From Chrysemys picta bellii (taxonomy: Eukaryota): a DNA stretch of 64,000 nucleotides. The notes under the pieces were generated by a model, which did no database searches, was not told where the DNA came from, and saw only the letters and a list, made by a program, of their open reading frames with translations. Every line of letters begins with the position of its first letter. Positions within the stretch are counted from its first letter, which is position 1. A program made the translations under genes and the position numbers. Below, piece after piece: positions 17,775 through 28,404 of the stretch. The stretch spans positions 2,046,001 to 2,110,000 of the forward strand of contig NC_088794.1 in the NCBI RefSeq assembly GCF_011386835.1, given 5' to 3'.

Positions 17775-18548
17775 CAAGGTGGGGAAAGTAATATCCGTTA
17801 TTGGACCAACTTCTGTTGGTGATTGAGACTAGCTTTCAAGCTCCACAGAGCTCTTCTTCAGGGCTGGGAAAGGTGCTCCGAGGGTCACAGCTAAATAGAA
17901 GGCAGAGTGGATCATTAGCACAAGGAGTTAGCACATGTTGCAAGAGACCATTCAAAGTGAGGTGGGCAGCTAACCTTCTGCAGTCCGAGGACAAAGGAGG
18001 GTTAGTGGGTTGCAGATTGTTGTAATGAGCCATAAATCCAGTGTCTCTACTGAGTCCATGAGTTTTGTGTCCGATAGAGTTATGAATTTAAGCTCCCAGG
18101 CTCATCTTTTGAAGGTTTTGTGCAGGTTTCCTTTCAGGACAAGGACTGAGAGGTCAGATATGGAGCAAGTGACAATTGTTCACCTATGGGTGATGTGGTG
18201 TTTTTGTCTTTTATCATTTTCCTGTGTGAGTTCATTCAAGGGCCCACCGATTTCTGGTTTCACTTCTGGAGAGCTTGCTTCTGAGGAGCTTGGAGAGAGG
18301 TCGGGGGTTGTTTGAAGGCCAAAAAGGGAGCTCAGGGAAGATTTTTTGGGATGGGATCCCCATCGAGAATGGGCTGTAGTTGTTTGATGATATCCCATGC
18401 GGGATCCAGTGTAAAGTGCTAGGTGACAATTGGGGGTGTACGGTTCCAGGGCTTTTATTTCCATATTGCAGCAGGTTTTCTCGGGGTAGTTGAGTGGCCT
18501 GTTCCATGACATCTCTGCGGGAGCGCCCTCGTCTGGTCAAGGTGGTCA
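17775..18548 (-). mobile_element. Second, decayed Penelope-like fragment (GIY-YIG-side C-terminus plus terminal repeat)
   Basis: Frameshifted minus-strand peptides (QATQLPRENLLQY..., LAFKQPP, NSHRKMIKDKNTTSPIGE, WELKFITL) followed by a terminal repeat with a hammerhead-like core. Confidence 0.7.
17826..17865 (-). ncRNA. Degenerate hammerhead ribozyme motif
   Basis: Revcomp reads AGCC-CTGAAGA-AGAGCTCTGTGGAGCTT-GAAA-GC-TA-GTCT. The core is intact, but stem I has a mismatch. Confidence 0.5.
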
Positions 18549-19101
18549 TGTCAAGTTGGGTTTTTATTTTCTAAAGACTCCTCACAGCCAAAGTCAAAGG
18601 GAACCAGGGATGTTGTTCAAACAAAAGCTGCTGTAATACTCCGCTTTAATGGTTTTGCCTTCTTTTCTATACCTATAACAGAAGGTTAAAAGGCTGAGGA
18701 ACGGGGTGTTTGCCGTGGCCCCTGGCATGCTGAGATCTCTGTATGCCAAACTCTGCCCCCTCTACAATGCTGGACAGGGTCGGGTTAACACCTCTGACCT
18801 TAGGGCCTATTTATTCCACCCCAATTACCACGTTTCTGGGGGCTGGGCTGGGCTCACAGAAGGAATACACCAGATGGCCAGGTGCCTGCTGGGAGGATGG
18901 GCCGGCTGTCTGGGAGGGGGGCAGTGAGAGACAGTGACACCAGTGTCTCCCTGTCCCCCCCCCCCACTGTGCACTGCCTAACAAGGGTCCCTGCATAAAC
19001 CCTCTCTTTCCAGGCAGCCCCCCCATCTCTGCCGAGGACCCCCTGCCTGTGACTCCTACCTCTTCCACCCAGCTCCCCCCCACCGACTCTGCCCCCAGGA
19101 C

Positions 19102-19578
19102 CAGGCCGTCCTTAGGCATAAGCAGAATATGCAGCTGTGTAGGGCACCGTGACATTTGGGGTACCAAATTGCCACAAATTTCATGATGCCCATGGGGTGC
19201 GCTCACTGCAAGGGGCAGGGACGTTCCTAGGGGGGTGCAGGGCCCAGGACAACTCTCTCCACTCTGCTGGCTTCCCGCTGTGTCGCTCTGTTTCCCGCCG
19301 CTGGTGAGTGCGGTGGGGGCAGACCCCTACCCCCAAGCCCCTTCCCCTGATTAATACGGCTGGGGCGGGGGGAGCGGAGCAGGCTGGGGCCGGATTGTTC
19401 CGCTTGCTACTGCCAGTGCCAGGCCCCCTGCTAATCCCCCGGGCCGCTCTGGGCCTGTGGGGCCCCCCAAAGCTCCTGCCTGCCCGCAGGCCTTGAGCGC
19501 AGCTCAGCCCCTCCGCGGGGGGTGGAGGAGCAGGTGCTTGGGCTGCGTAGGGCACCGTAATTGGTAGGGACGGGGCTG
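19102..19578. mobile_element. Non-autonomous hAT-type MITE
   Basis: Imperfect TIR CAGGCCGTCCTTA vs revcomp CAGCCCCGTCCCTA; 8-bp TSD CCCAGGAC/CACAGGAC (7/8). Confidence 0.7.
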
Positions 19579-19989
19579 CACAGGACCCTCCCAAACTCCA
19601 ACCTCTGCTCCCTCCACCATGATCTGCCTTCTCCAGCCATGCTCCTGACCCCCTCCTCCCCACATCTGCTGCTCCAGGATCCTCCCCCCTCTGCTCCACC
19701 CCCTCAAGTTACCCCCACCCCCTCCTCCTCTCCCCACCAGCCCCTCCCTCTCCCTGGCTCCTCCCCTCTCCAAGACTCCTCCCACCAGCCCTCCCTCTCC
19801 CCCACCTTCCTCCAATGGCCCCTCCCCCCACCCTCCCCCTGGCTCCTCCCACCAGCCCCTCGCTCTCCCCCACCTTCCTCCCCTGGCTCCTCCCTTCCCC
19901 CCGGCTCCTCCCACCAGCCCCTCCCGCTCCCCGACTTCTCCTCCAGCCCCCCCCAGTTCTCCTTCGGGTCCGGTTCAGACGCCAGTCCT

Positions 19990-20470
19990 TTTGCGTTTGG
20001 CGCTAGCCCCGCCCCTTCGGTCAGGCCGACCAATCAGGAGCGCCGGATGGGGCGGGCGCACGCGCGCGGGTGGGCGGGGGCGTTGGAGCCGAGCTGAAGT
20101 CGGGGCGAGCGGCTGAGGAGCGGGCGTGGGTGGGGGGGGGGCGTTAAGACGCATCGCAATGGCGCATGCGTACTGAGAGGGTGGTGCACGCGCTCTTGAG
20201 CGGTGAGTATAAACAGCGCATGCTCAAACAGTAGGGCGGGGGAAAAAAAAAAGGAGTATGGCGCATGCGCACGGAAGAAGCATTAGCAAGACTTCGCTGA
20301 GCAGGGCGCGCGACCTGGCTGACTTTTGAACGAGGCGCATGCGCAGTGAGGGGCAAACGCTCTGAGAGGGGCGCGGGACGGGCTCCGTCCTCATGCGCGT
20401 GGTAAGGCGCGGGGGGCGCACGCGCAGTGAAGGGACCCGAGCAGAGGCTTCACAAAATGGCGGCGGGGGC
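19990..20470 (+). promoter_or_regulatory. CpG-island promoter and non-coding first exon of PAGR1
   Basis: CpG-dense; CCAAT near 20030; GC boxes; NRF1-type GCGCATGCG(C) at 20162, 20261 and 20335; donor GTAAGG at 20402; YY1-type CAAAATGGCGGC at 20453; acceptor at 21004 just before the ATG. Confidence 0.75.
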
Positions 20471-20845
20471 CTGGGTTGCCTGGCAGCCAGTGGCTGAGAT
20501 GTGACCCCCCCCAGCTTCCCTTGGGAGCCCAGTGACCGGAGCCCCCAGCAGGGTCAGTTGGGGCGAGCCGCAAGATGGCCGCCACCTCGGCGTGAACATC
20601 AGGGGCCACTGCCAAGATGGCTGCCATGGCATGACAAGCATGGCACGAGCCCCAAGATGGCCGCCAGGTTGGCGTGAGCCCCAAGATGGCCGCTGTGTTG
20701 GCGTGACTGGCAGATGGCGATCCCCAAGATGGCCGCCAGGTTGGCGTGAGCCCCAAGATGGCCACCGGGTTGGCGCAACTGGCCGACCTCTGGGATGGCT
20801 GCCACACTGGCATGACTGGCAGGTGACGAGCCCCAAAATGGCCAC
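20453..20845 (+). repeat. Tandem array of YY1-consensus motifs (about 29-bp unit GGCGTGAGCCCCAAGATGGCCGCCAGGTT)
   Basis: AA(G/A)ATGGC-type cores at about 20453, 20571, 20613, 20653, 20682, 20725, 20754 and 20834, plus a degenerate copy at 20793. Confidence 0.8.
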
Positions 20846-21021
20846 AGTGTTGGTGTGACTGGCATCTAAGCTCAGGGCTGTTATTGTAGGGTCTCCGCTG
20901 AACTCTTTGTGGTCATTGTGCCCCTGAAAAGCAACAGCACTGACTGCTGGCTTGTTATTGTAGGGTCTCCAGCCATGCTCTAACCATTGGCTCTCCCCTT
21001 GCAGCCTGGTCCCGTCCCGCC

Positions 21022-22027
21022 ATGGAGGCCGCGGCCACGGAGGAGGGCGAGGTGACCTCTGGGATGCAGTCCCTGGCGGTTGAGGATGCCCCGGAGCTGG
21101 TGCCGGCTGCAGCGGAGGAGGACGGGCCGGCGCCGGAAGGGGCGGAGGAGCGGGGGCAGGAGGAGGAGGCTGGGTGGTGTGTCCCCTGCAGCGACGAGGA
21201 GCTGGAGGCCCCAGAGGCCTGGATGCCGCCGCCCGAGGAGATCAGACGCCTCTACGAGCAGATCGCTGCAGAGGGCACCCTGCCGCTCCAGGCCGAGCTC
21301 CTGCCCCGCAGGGCCCCCACCCCTGAGCCAGACAGCGAGGAGGAGGACAGGTCTGACGGGCAGCCTGAGAGCGAAGAGGAGGAGGAGGAGAAGTGAGCAC
21401 AGGGCTGGGCTAGCCGGGGGCTGTGGGTCGGGGGTGAGGGGCACTGGCAGGGCTGGGGGGGCAGGGGTTGTGGGTCGGGGGTGAGGGGCACTGGCAGGGC
21501 TTGGAGGGGCAGGGCTGGGCTAGCAGGGACTGTGGGTTGGCATTGAGGGGTACCGGGAGGGCTGGGGACTGTGCGTCTGGCGCTGCCCCTTCCCCTCTGT
21601 TGGGTCTTTAACCCCTTGGTTCTCTCTGCTCCAGGCCCCACGTCCCGACCGAGTTTGACTTTGACGATGAGCCTGTGACGCCCAAGAACTCCCTGATTGA
21701 TCGCAGGAGAACACCAGGTAGGAGCAGAGCCGGGATAGAACCCAGGCGTCCTGGCTCCCAGCCCCCCTGCTTTAACCATTAGCTCCCCCCCCCTCCCTGA
21801 GCGGGGATGGAACCCAGGGGTCCTGATGCTCCCCTCCCCCCACAGGCGGCTCGCGCAGCCAGAAGCGCGAGGCCCGGCTGGACAAGGTGCTGTCGGACAT
21901 GAAGCGGCACAAGAAGCTGGAGGAGCAGATCCTGCGCACGGGCCGTGACCTCTTCCAGCTGGACAGGGAGGATGCGCCGTCCCCACAGCGCCCCTCGGGG
22001 CTCTTCCTGCGCCAGCGCAAGTACTGA
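21022..22027 (+). CDS. PAGR1: PAXIP1-associated glutamate-rich protein 1 (211 aa)
   Basis: Exons 21022-21392, 21635-21717 and 21846-22027 join in frame. Peptides [76 protein letters not shown] and RQRKY-stop. AATAAA at 22387. Confidence 0.97.
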
Positions 22028-23509
22028 CTGCCGGGGGTGGGGCTGGCAGGCAGTGGGACCCTGTCCCCTTCCCAGCATCCTCTGGGCTGGCGCTGGGATC
22101 CCGCCGCACCAAGGACGCTCCAGCCCGGATACCAGCTCAGGGGGCTGAGATGGGGGAGGAATACAGTGACGGACCAGTGGGGTCAGCCCATGGGGCACAG
22201 GGCCCCAGGGAATGGGAATGGGGCCCGTGGCTTTCAGGATCTCAGCACAGCCGCCTCCATCACACCTATGGCTCCACCCTCACGGGGGGCTGGCAAAGCA
22301 GGAAATACCCCCTTGTGTTGCCCGGAGGGGGCAGGACCTACAGCTGGGCAGGGGGGAGGGAAGGGTCTGTCCAGTGTTTCTGCTGCAATAAAAGTGTTTC
22401 TCGCCCTCTGGCGTCTCCTTTCTTCTGCCCGGTTCATGCTGAGCTGAGGCCTCGAGCTCCCCCCAGCCAGGCCCCCTAGTGCCAGACACTCTGACCCCAA
22501 CGAGGCTTGGGACTCTTGTAGGCCCTACATAAACACCACCTCTGCAGATCCTACCCCAGAGGGGTCTCCCTTAGAGCCTGGCCGGGAGCTCTGCCACAGG
22601 GCTGTGTGTGTCTGTGAATCGGGCCTTCCCGAGGCTCAAGAGTGTTTTGCAGACATGGCCACCCTGGGCACTCAGTCGGCAGGATCCTGTTCCTCCAGGA
22701 GGCGGGACTTCCTGTTACACCCACAATACAAGGGTGTGTGAATCCTGGGTATTCTGCTATGAGAGGTAAGGACTTGCTGTATTGTCATCAGGGCTGGAGG
22801 TGGGACTTCCTGTATTGTTATCGAGGCAGGCGGTGGGACTTCGTTACCCATGCAGGAGGAGGCGGGACTTCCTGTATCGCCTCAGGAACCTCCTTTGCCC
22901 GCAGGCTGTTCCTCCCAGGAGAAGGTGTGACTTGTTGTTTTGTTGTTCCCTGCTGGGTCATGTCCTCACAGGAAGTGGCCCCTCTTCAGAGGCAGGGCTT
23001 TGTGTCCCATTGTCCAATCAGGGCAGAATGCTGGCATTAAGGGGCGGGGCCTCCGCAGGAAATGCATCCCCCCTCGCCTGAGGCCTCCTGCCCCAAGGTG
23101 CTCGGGTCAGGGGTGTGTGTGATGTGGGGAGGGTGTGGTCCCGGCTCAGAGCCCAGACCTGCCCCATCCACCCCCCACCAGCTGGGCAAGCGGGGCGGGG
23201 GCAGGGACGAAGCAATTGTGGGGGAGGGAAGGGTGTCGAGATCCCTCTAGGCCCCAGTCCTGAGTTGGGGTGGGCCGGGCCCTTTGCTACAGCACAGCTT
23301 GTGGTGGGGAGTTCCCTGGGGCCCACCCCACAACCAGGCCGCCCTCCCCCTCAAGACACCACCTGAGCCAGCCGGCTCCTGCCCCCCAAACCCAGACCCC
23401 CACGTGGGGAACAGAGACAAAACCCAGCAGACCCCGCTCTCCCCCTGTGCCTTTACCCAGAGCCGTTCCTCACCCTCCGGACGCCTGGGTCCATCCGCTC
23501 TGCTGGTGC

Positions 23510-24210
23510 CCGACCCGCAGCCCCTGCTAGCCCAGCCCTGGGTTCCCCCGCAGCCCTGCTGGTGCCCCTCAATCCTGACCCACAGCCCCTGCCAGCGCAG
23601 CCCCCCCCAGCTCTGCCAGTGCCCCTCACTCCCGACCCGCAGCCCCTGCCAGCCCAGCCCAGCCCCCCCCCAGCTCTGCCAGTGCCCCTCACTCCCGACC
23701 CGCAGCCCCTGCTAGCCCAGCCCTGCCCCCCCCAGCTCTGCCGGTGCCCCTCACTCCCGACCCGCAGCCCCTGCCAGCCCAGCACAGCCCCCCGCAGCTC
23801 TGCCAGTGCCCCTCACTCCCGACCCACAGCTCCTGCCAGCCCAGCCCTGCCTCCCCCCAGCTCTGCCAGTGCCCCTCACTCCCGACCCGCAGCCCCTGCC
23901 AGCCCAGCCCAGCCCCCCCCCAGCTCTGCCGGTGCCCCTCACTCCCGACCCGCAGCCCCTGCCAGCCCAGCCCAGCCCCCCCCCAGCTCTGCCGGTGCCC
24001 CTCACTCCCGACCCGCAGCCCCTGCCAGCCCAGCCCTGCCCCCCCCAGCTCTGCCGGTGCCCCTCACTCCCGACCTGCAGCCCCTGCCAGCCCAGCCCTG
24101 GGCTCCTCCCAGCTCTGCCAGTGCCCCTCACTCCCGACCTGCAGCCCCTGCCAGCCCAGCCCTGCCTCCCCCCAGCTCTGCCAGTGCCCCTCACTCCCAA
24201 CCCGCAGCCC
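23510..24210. repeat. Minisatellite family A array
   Basis: Tandem CCAGCTCTGCC(A/G)GTGCCCCTCACTCCCGACCCGCAGCCCCTGCCAGCCCAGCCC units. Confidence 0.95.
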
Positions 24211-24566
24211 TAGTCCCTCCCTGGGAGATGGGTGACTCAGATGCCCACTGTGGCCATGCTGGGCGTGTGGCGGGAGCGGCAGCTTCGTGACTCCCCGGGG
24301 GGGGCGGGATGGGGGTTGATGAGGGGGTGGAGAGAGATTTCAACCTGCTGCCACCTGGGCCGGGGGCGGGGCAGCGCGCCCCCCCCCCCCAGGACAGGCC
24401 CCCTACCCCCGAGCCAGCCAGTGCCCCCCTGTGGCCAGGTGAGGACGGCACCCCCCGGAGGGGCCAGGGCGGCTGGAGGCCTCAGGGAACCCGGAAGCTG
24501 CCCCCCCCCCCGTCTCCTTTCTGTGTCAGCAGCTGACGCACGGTCCCCCCCGCGCCCCCGCATCCT

Positions 24567-24580
24567 GTCACCATGGCAAC
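24567..24580. promoter_or_regulatory. RFX X-box (GTCACCATGGCAAC) in the CpG-rich promoter region of the DUSP gene
   Basis: Near-palindromic match to the GTTGCCATGGCAAC consensus. Candidate 5' UTR exon donors follow at 24770 and 26081. Confidence 0.6.
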
Positions 24581-25144
24581 CCATTGTTACCTCCAACGCA
24601 GCCGGGGCCGGGGGGGCCCCAGCGTATATAGGGCCCTGGGCCGGTGCGAAGGCACCAGCGCTGGGCCGGCCCGCCGGGGAGCCAGGAACACCCCTTTTCC
24701 TTCCCTCACCGCCGGGGAGCCACCCCTGGCCCCCCAGAGCCCAGCTGAGTGGAAGCAGGCAAGCGCCAGGTAAGGGGGCACCCCACAGCCTGAAGGAGTG
24801 TGCAGGGGGCAGAGGCTGGGTCAGTAGAGGGGATGGGTGAATTGGGGGGCGGGCTAGTGGGGTAATGTTTGGGGTGACAGGGCCATGGTGGGAGGAGTGG
24901 CACAGGGTTTTGGGGGGGGTCTGACGGGAGAGTGGGTGGGGGGATTGTGGGGGCAGCGGGGGATGGAAAGGGGGACGCATTGGGGTCGTGGATGTAGAGT
25001 GCAGGGGGAATTGGGGTCAGTTGGATTCTGGGGGCAGGAGATTGTTGGGGTGCCGAGGGATGCTGGGTTCCCTGACAAAAGTGGGGGGTGCTTGGAAAGC
25101 CCCTGCCCCACAGAGGTGATGCCAGCCTCCCCCTCAAATGTGGG

Positions 25145-25870
25145 GGGCTGTGGGTCGGGAGTGGGGGGCACCAGCAGGGCTGGGGGGGCAGGGGCTGCAG
25201 GTCGGGAGTGGGGGGCACCGGCAGAGCTGGGGGGGAGGGGTTGGGGGGGCTGCAGGTCGGGAGTGGGGGGCACCGGCAGGGCTGGGGGGGCAGGGTGCTG
25301 CAGGTCGGGAGTGGGGGGCACCGGCAGAGCTGGGGGGGAGGGGTTGGGGGGGCTGCAGGTCGGGAGTGGGGAGCACCAGCAGGGCTGGGGGGGCAGGGGC
25401 TGCAGGTCGGGAGTGGGGGGCACCGGCAGAGCTGGGGGGGAGGGGTTGGGGGGCTGCAGGTCGGGAGTGGGGGACACCGGCAGGGCTGGGGGGGCAGGGT
25501 GCTGCAGGTCGGGAGTGGGGGGCACCGGCAGGGCTGGGGGGGGGAGGGGCTGTGGGGGCTGCAGGTCGGGAGCGGGGGTCACCGGCAGGGCGGGGGGGGA
25601 GGGGCTGTGGGGGCTGCAGGTCGGGAGTGGGGGGCACTGGCGGGGGGGGGGCAGTGGCTGCAGGTCAGGAGGGGGGGCACCGGCAGGGCTGGGGGGGGAG
25701 GGGCTGGGGGGCTGCACGTTGGGGGGGGAGGGGCTGGGGGGCTGCACGTCGGGGGGGGGCCACCGGCAGGGAGGGGCTGGGGGGGCTGCAGGTCGGGAGG
25801 GGGGGGGGCACCGGCAGGGCTGGGGGGGGGCAGGGGCTGCACGTCGGGGGGGGGGGGGCACCGGTAGGGC
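25145..25870. repeat. Minisatellite family A variant array (G-rich on + strand)
   Basis: Tandem GGCTGCAGGTCGGGAGTGGGGGGCACCGGCAGGGCTGGGGGG units. Confidence 0.95.
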
Positions 25871-26484
25871 GGGGGTGCCAGTCCTGCTCTGGCCCTTTAA
25901 GGGGCGGGCCCATCCCTCCCCCCTCCATTTTCTCCCTCCCTTTTTCTGCGCATCAGCCCCGCAGCCCCCCCCCCCCCCCCATCCCAGACCCGGATGCCTG
26001 GGTTCCGCGGCGGGACGGAGGCGGCCTCCCGGCTGCCCCCTAGCCCCCCACGGGGAGGGGCCGGCCCCAGCCGGAGCTAGGTAGGCGGCCCCGGCGGGGG
26101 GGGCAGGACTGCGGCCCCCCGTCAAGATCCCACCCCCTTTCCGCCCTGCACCCCCACAACGGGGCGGCTCTCGCCTAGGGAAGTGGGGGCGGACCCAGGC
26201 GGCCGGGAGGGGGTGAGGCAGGATCATCCCCTCTATTCTATTGCCCCCCCCCCCCCCCGCTCTGGAGATCCGGGGGGGGCTCACTTGAGAACCTTCGAAA
26301 TGTGCCCCCCACCCATGGGGAGGGGGAATGGAAAGCGCTGGAGACGGGGTGGGGGGTGGGGATGGGGCCTGGGCCCTCCAGGGGGGATCCAGCCCCAGGG
26401 CAGGTACTGGCTGTAGGGGGCTGGGAGCTGGGGCACAGAGCCCCCCCTCTGACCCCCCCTTTTCTCTCCCCCCAGCCATCCCCC

Positions 26485-27120
26485 ATGTACGCCGAAGCCT
26501 CCACCATGAATTTCCGGACGCCCGGCTTCTTCCGGCGCAGCCCGGCCCCCGCGGCGAAGCCGGCCCCCGGGGTCCCCCCACTGTCGGCGCTGGGGGGCAT
26601 CGCCCAGATCTCCCCCTGCCTCTACCTGTGCAGTGGCAACGCGGCCGCCAACCGGCCCCTGGTGTCGGCGCGGGCGGTGACCTGCGTGGTGAACGCCACC
26701 ATGGAGATCCCCAACGCCAACTGGCCCGACATCGAGTACGTCAAGGTGCCGGTGCCCGACCTGCCCCACGCCCCCCTGGGCCTCTACTTCGACTCGGTGG
26801 CCGACCGCATCCACCAGACGGGCAAGCGCAACGGGCGCACCCTGGTGCACTGCGTGGCGGGCGTGAGCCGCTCGGCCTCGCTCTGCATCGCCTACCTCAT
26901 GAAGTACCACCGGCTCAGCTTGCTGGATGCCCACCAGTGGGTGAAGAGCCGGCGGCCCGTGGTGCGGCCCAACGTGGGCTTCTGGCGCCAGCTCATCGAT
27001 TACGAGCGCCGGCTCTTCGGCAAGAACACGGTGCGCATGGTGCCCTCGCCCATCGGCCCGGTGCCCGACGTCTACGAGAAGGAGACCCGCGGCCTGGTGC
27101 CCCTCTGGAGCTACAGATAG
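26485..27120 (+). CDS. Atypical dual-specificity phosphatase, DUSP14-like (211 aa, single coding exon)
   Basis: Acceptor at 26475, ATG at 26485 (alternative Kozak ATG at 26506). Intact PTP loop VHCVAGVSRS, acid-loop VPVPDLP, and AYLMKYH...VRPNVGFWRQLIDYERRLFG...VPDVYEKE. Closest remembered relative is DUSP14, then DUSP18/21. AATAAA at 27709. Confidence 0.93.
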   Translation: MYAEASTMNFRTPGFFRRSPAPAAKPAPGVPPLSALGGIAQISPCLYLCSGNAAANRPLVSARAVTCVVNATMEIPNANWPDIEYVKVPVPDLPHAPLGLYFDSVADRIHQTGKRNGRTLVHCVAGVSRSASLCIAYLMKYHRLSLLDAHQWVKSRRPVVRPNVGFWRQLIDYERRLFGKNTVRMVPSPIGPVPDVYEKETRGLVPLWSYR

Positions 27121-28404
27121 GCGGGCACCGCCCGGTACTTTGCAACCCAGGACAGCTGGACCCGCCCCAGCAAGGGGCAGATGTGAGTGCCCGGGCTTGG
27201 GCAGACTGAACACCTCGGGGGCACTGGTGACTGGGTTTGCCCCTGGAGGAGAGATTTGGGGGCAGCTCCCCCACCCTGGGACCGGCTCGGCGGGGGGTAG
27301 AGGTTGTCCCACAAAAAAGCATTTTCTAACCTCAAACTTGGAGGGGGGTTTTTGCAGAGTCTGAAGCTGTGTTTAAAGGGGGGGGGGGGGGGAGAAGAGT
27401 CATTGAGTATAAACCCCCCCCCCCCGCATCGTGTGACTCTCCCCCTGGGTGGCCATTTTTGTAGGGCCTACCACAAACACCCCACTAACCGCCTTCCAAT
27501 TCACCCCCCCCCACACACAAACAATTTGCCCCCCCCCCCCCCCCGAGAGACAAGATCTCAACTGCTGCCCTCCATTGGGGGGGTGTAAGTGGGGGGGGGC
27601 AAAATGGGGGTGGGGGAGAGAATCTGCTCTCAGCCTGTCTTCCGCTCGCCCCTGTATAGCTCTGTACATAGCCACAAAGATCTATAGTCCTTCCCCAGCC
27701 ACGAGCGCAATAAACAAACCTTGCCATTAAACCACTCAGCAGGGGCTGCTGGGGGGCAGGGAGGAGGTGGGGGCTTGGGGGAGGTCTGGGGGGCTCTGGC
27801 CGCAGTGGGGAGGTTTGGGGGGGCATGCTCACTCGCTCGCCCCTTAAATAACAAAATTCACTTTATTTTATAATATAAAAAACTCCTATAAAACAAAGAC
27901 ATTTACAACTGGGGGGCTCAGGGTCAATGTGGGGGGAATTGCCCCCCAGGTGTAGAACTATGGGGTGCCCCCCAAGCCAGGACATCCAGCCCCCTGCCCC
28001 AGCATCCTTCATTGAGGGGCCAGTGGGAATATTCTGGGGTCACCTCTGGCTCCCCCCCCAGCACTGCAGGGAGGACCCTGCTAGTGGCTATGGGGTCCCC
28101 AACCTCCAGTTTTGGGGTGATGGGTGGGAGCACCTCAAAGTGCCGGACACCGGGCGGGGGGGGGGGGGGGGGAGAATTCCTAGAGGTTACCCCCCCGCCG
28201 ATTTCTGTCCCAAGTTCACCCTAAATCGGCCCTGGAGCCCCATACCTGCCCCCTACCAAGTGTGGAATGGGAGACGGATTTGCCCCCCCCCGTCCAACAG
28301 GGGGCACTCCCTGACCTGCCCCCCCAAACAACGGGCCCTTCCAAGCAGGGGTGAGCCCCACAGTGGGCAGGGGGGGTGTTATACCCAGGCGCTGCCCCCC
28401 AGCC

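Noticed and set aside
24573-24773. MATHCYL... as an N-terminal coding exon of the DUSP
   Set aside because: Splicing 24769 to 26476 puts it out of frame with the DUSP ATG (206 nt). The ATG is part of the X-box; at most a uORF.
23284-26581. Pro- or Gly-rich ORFs up to 575 aa
   Set aside because: Minisatellite translations with no domain signal.
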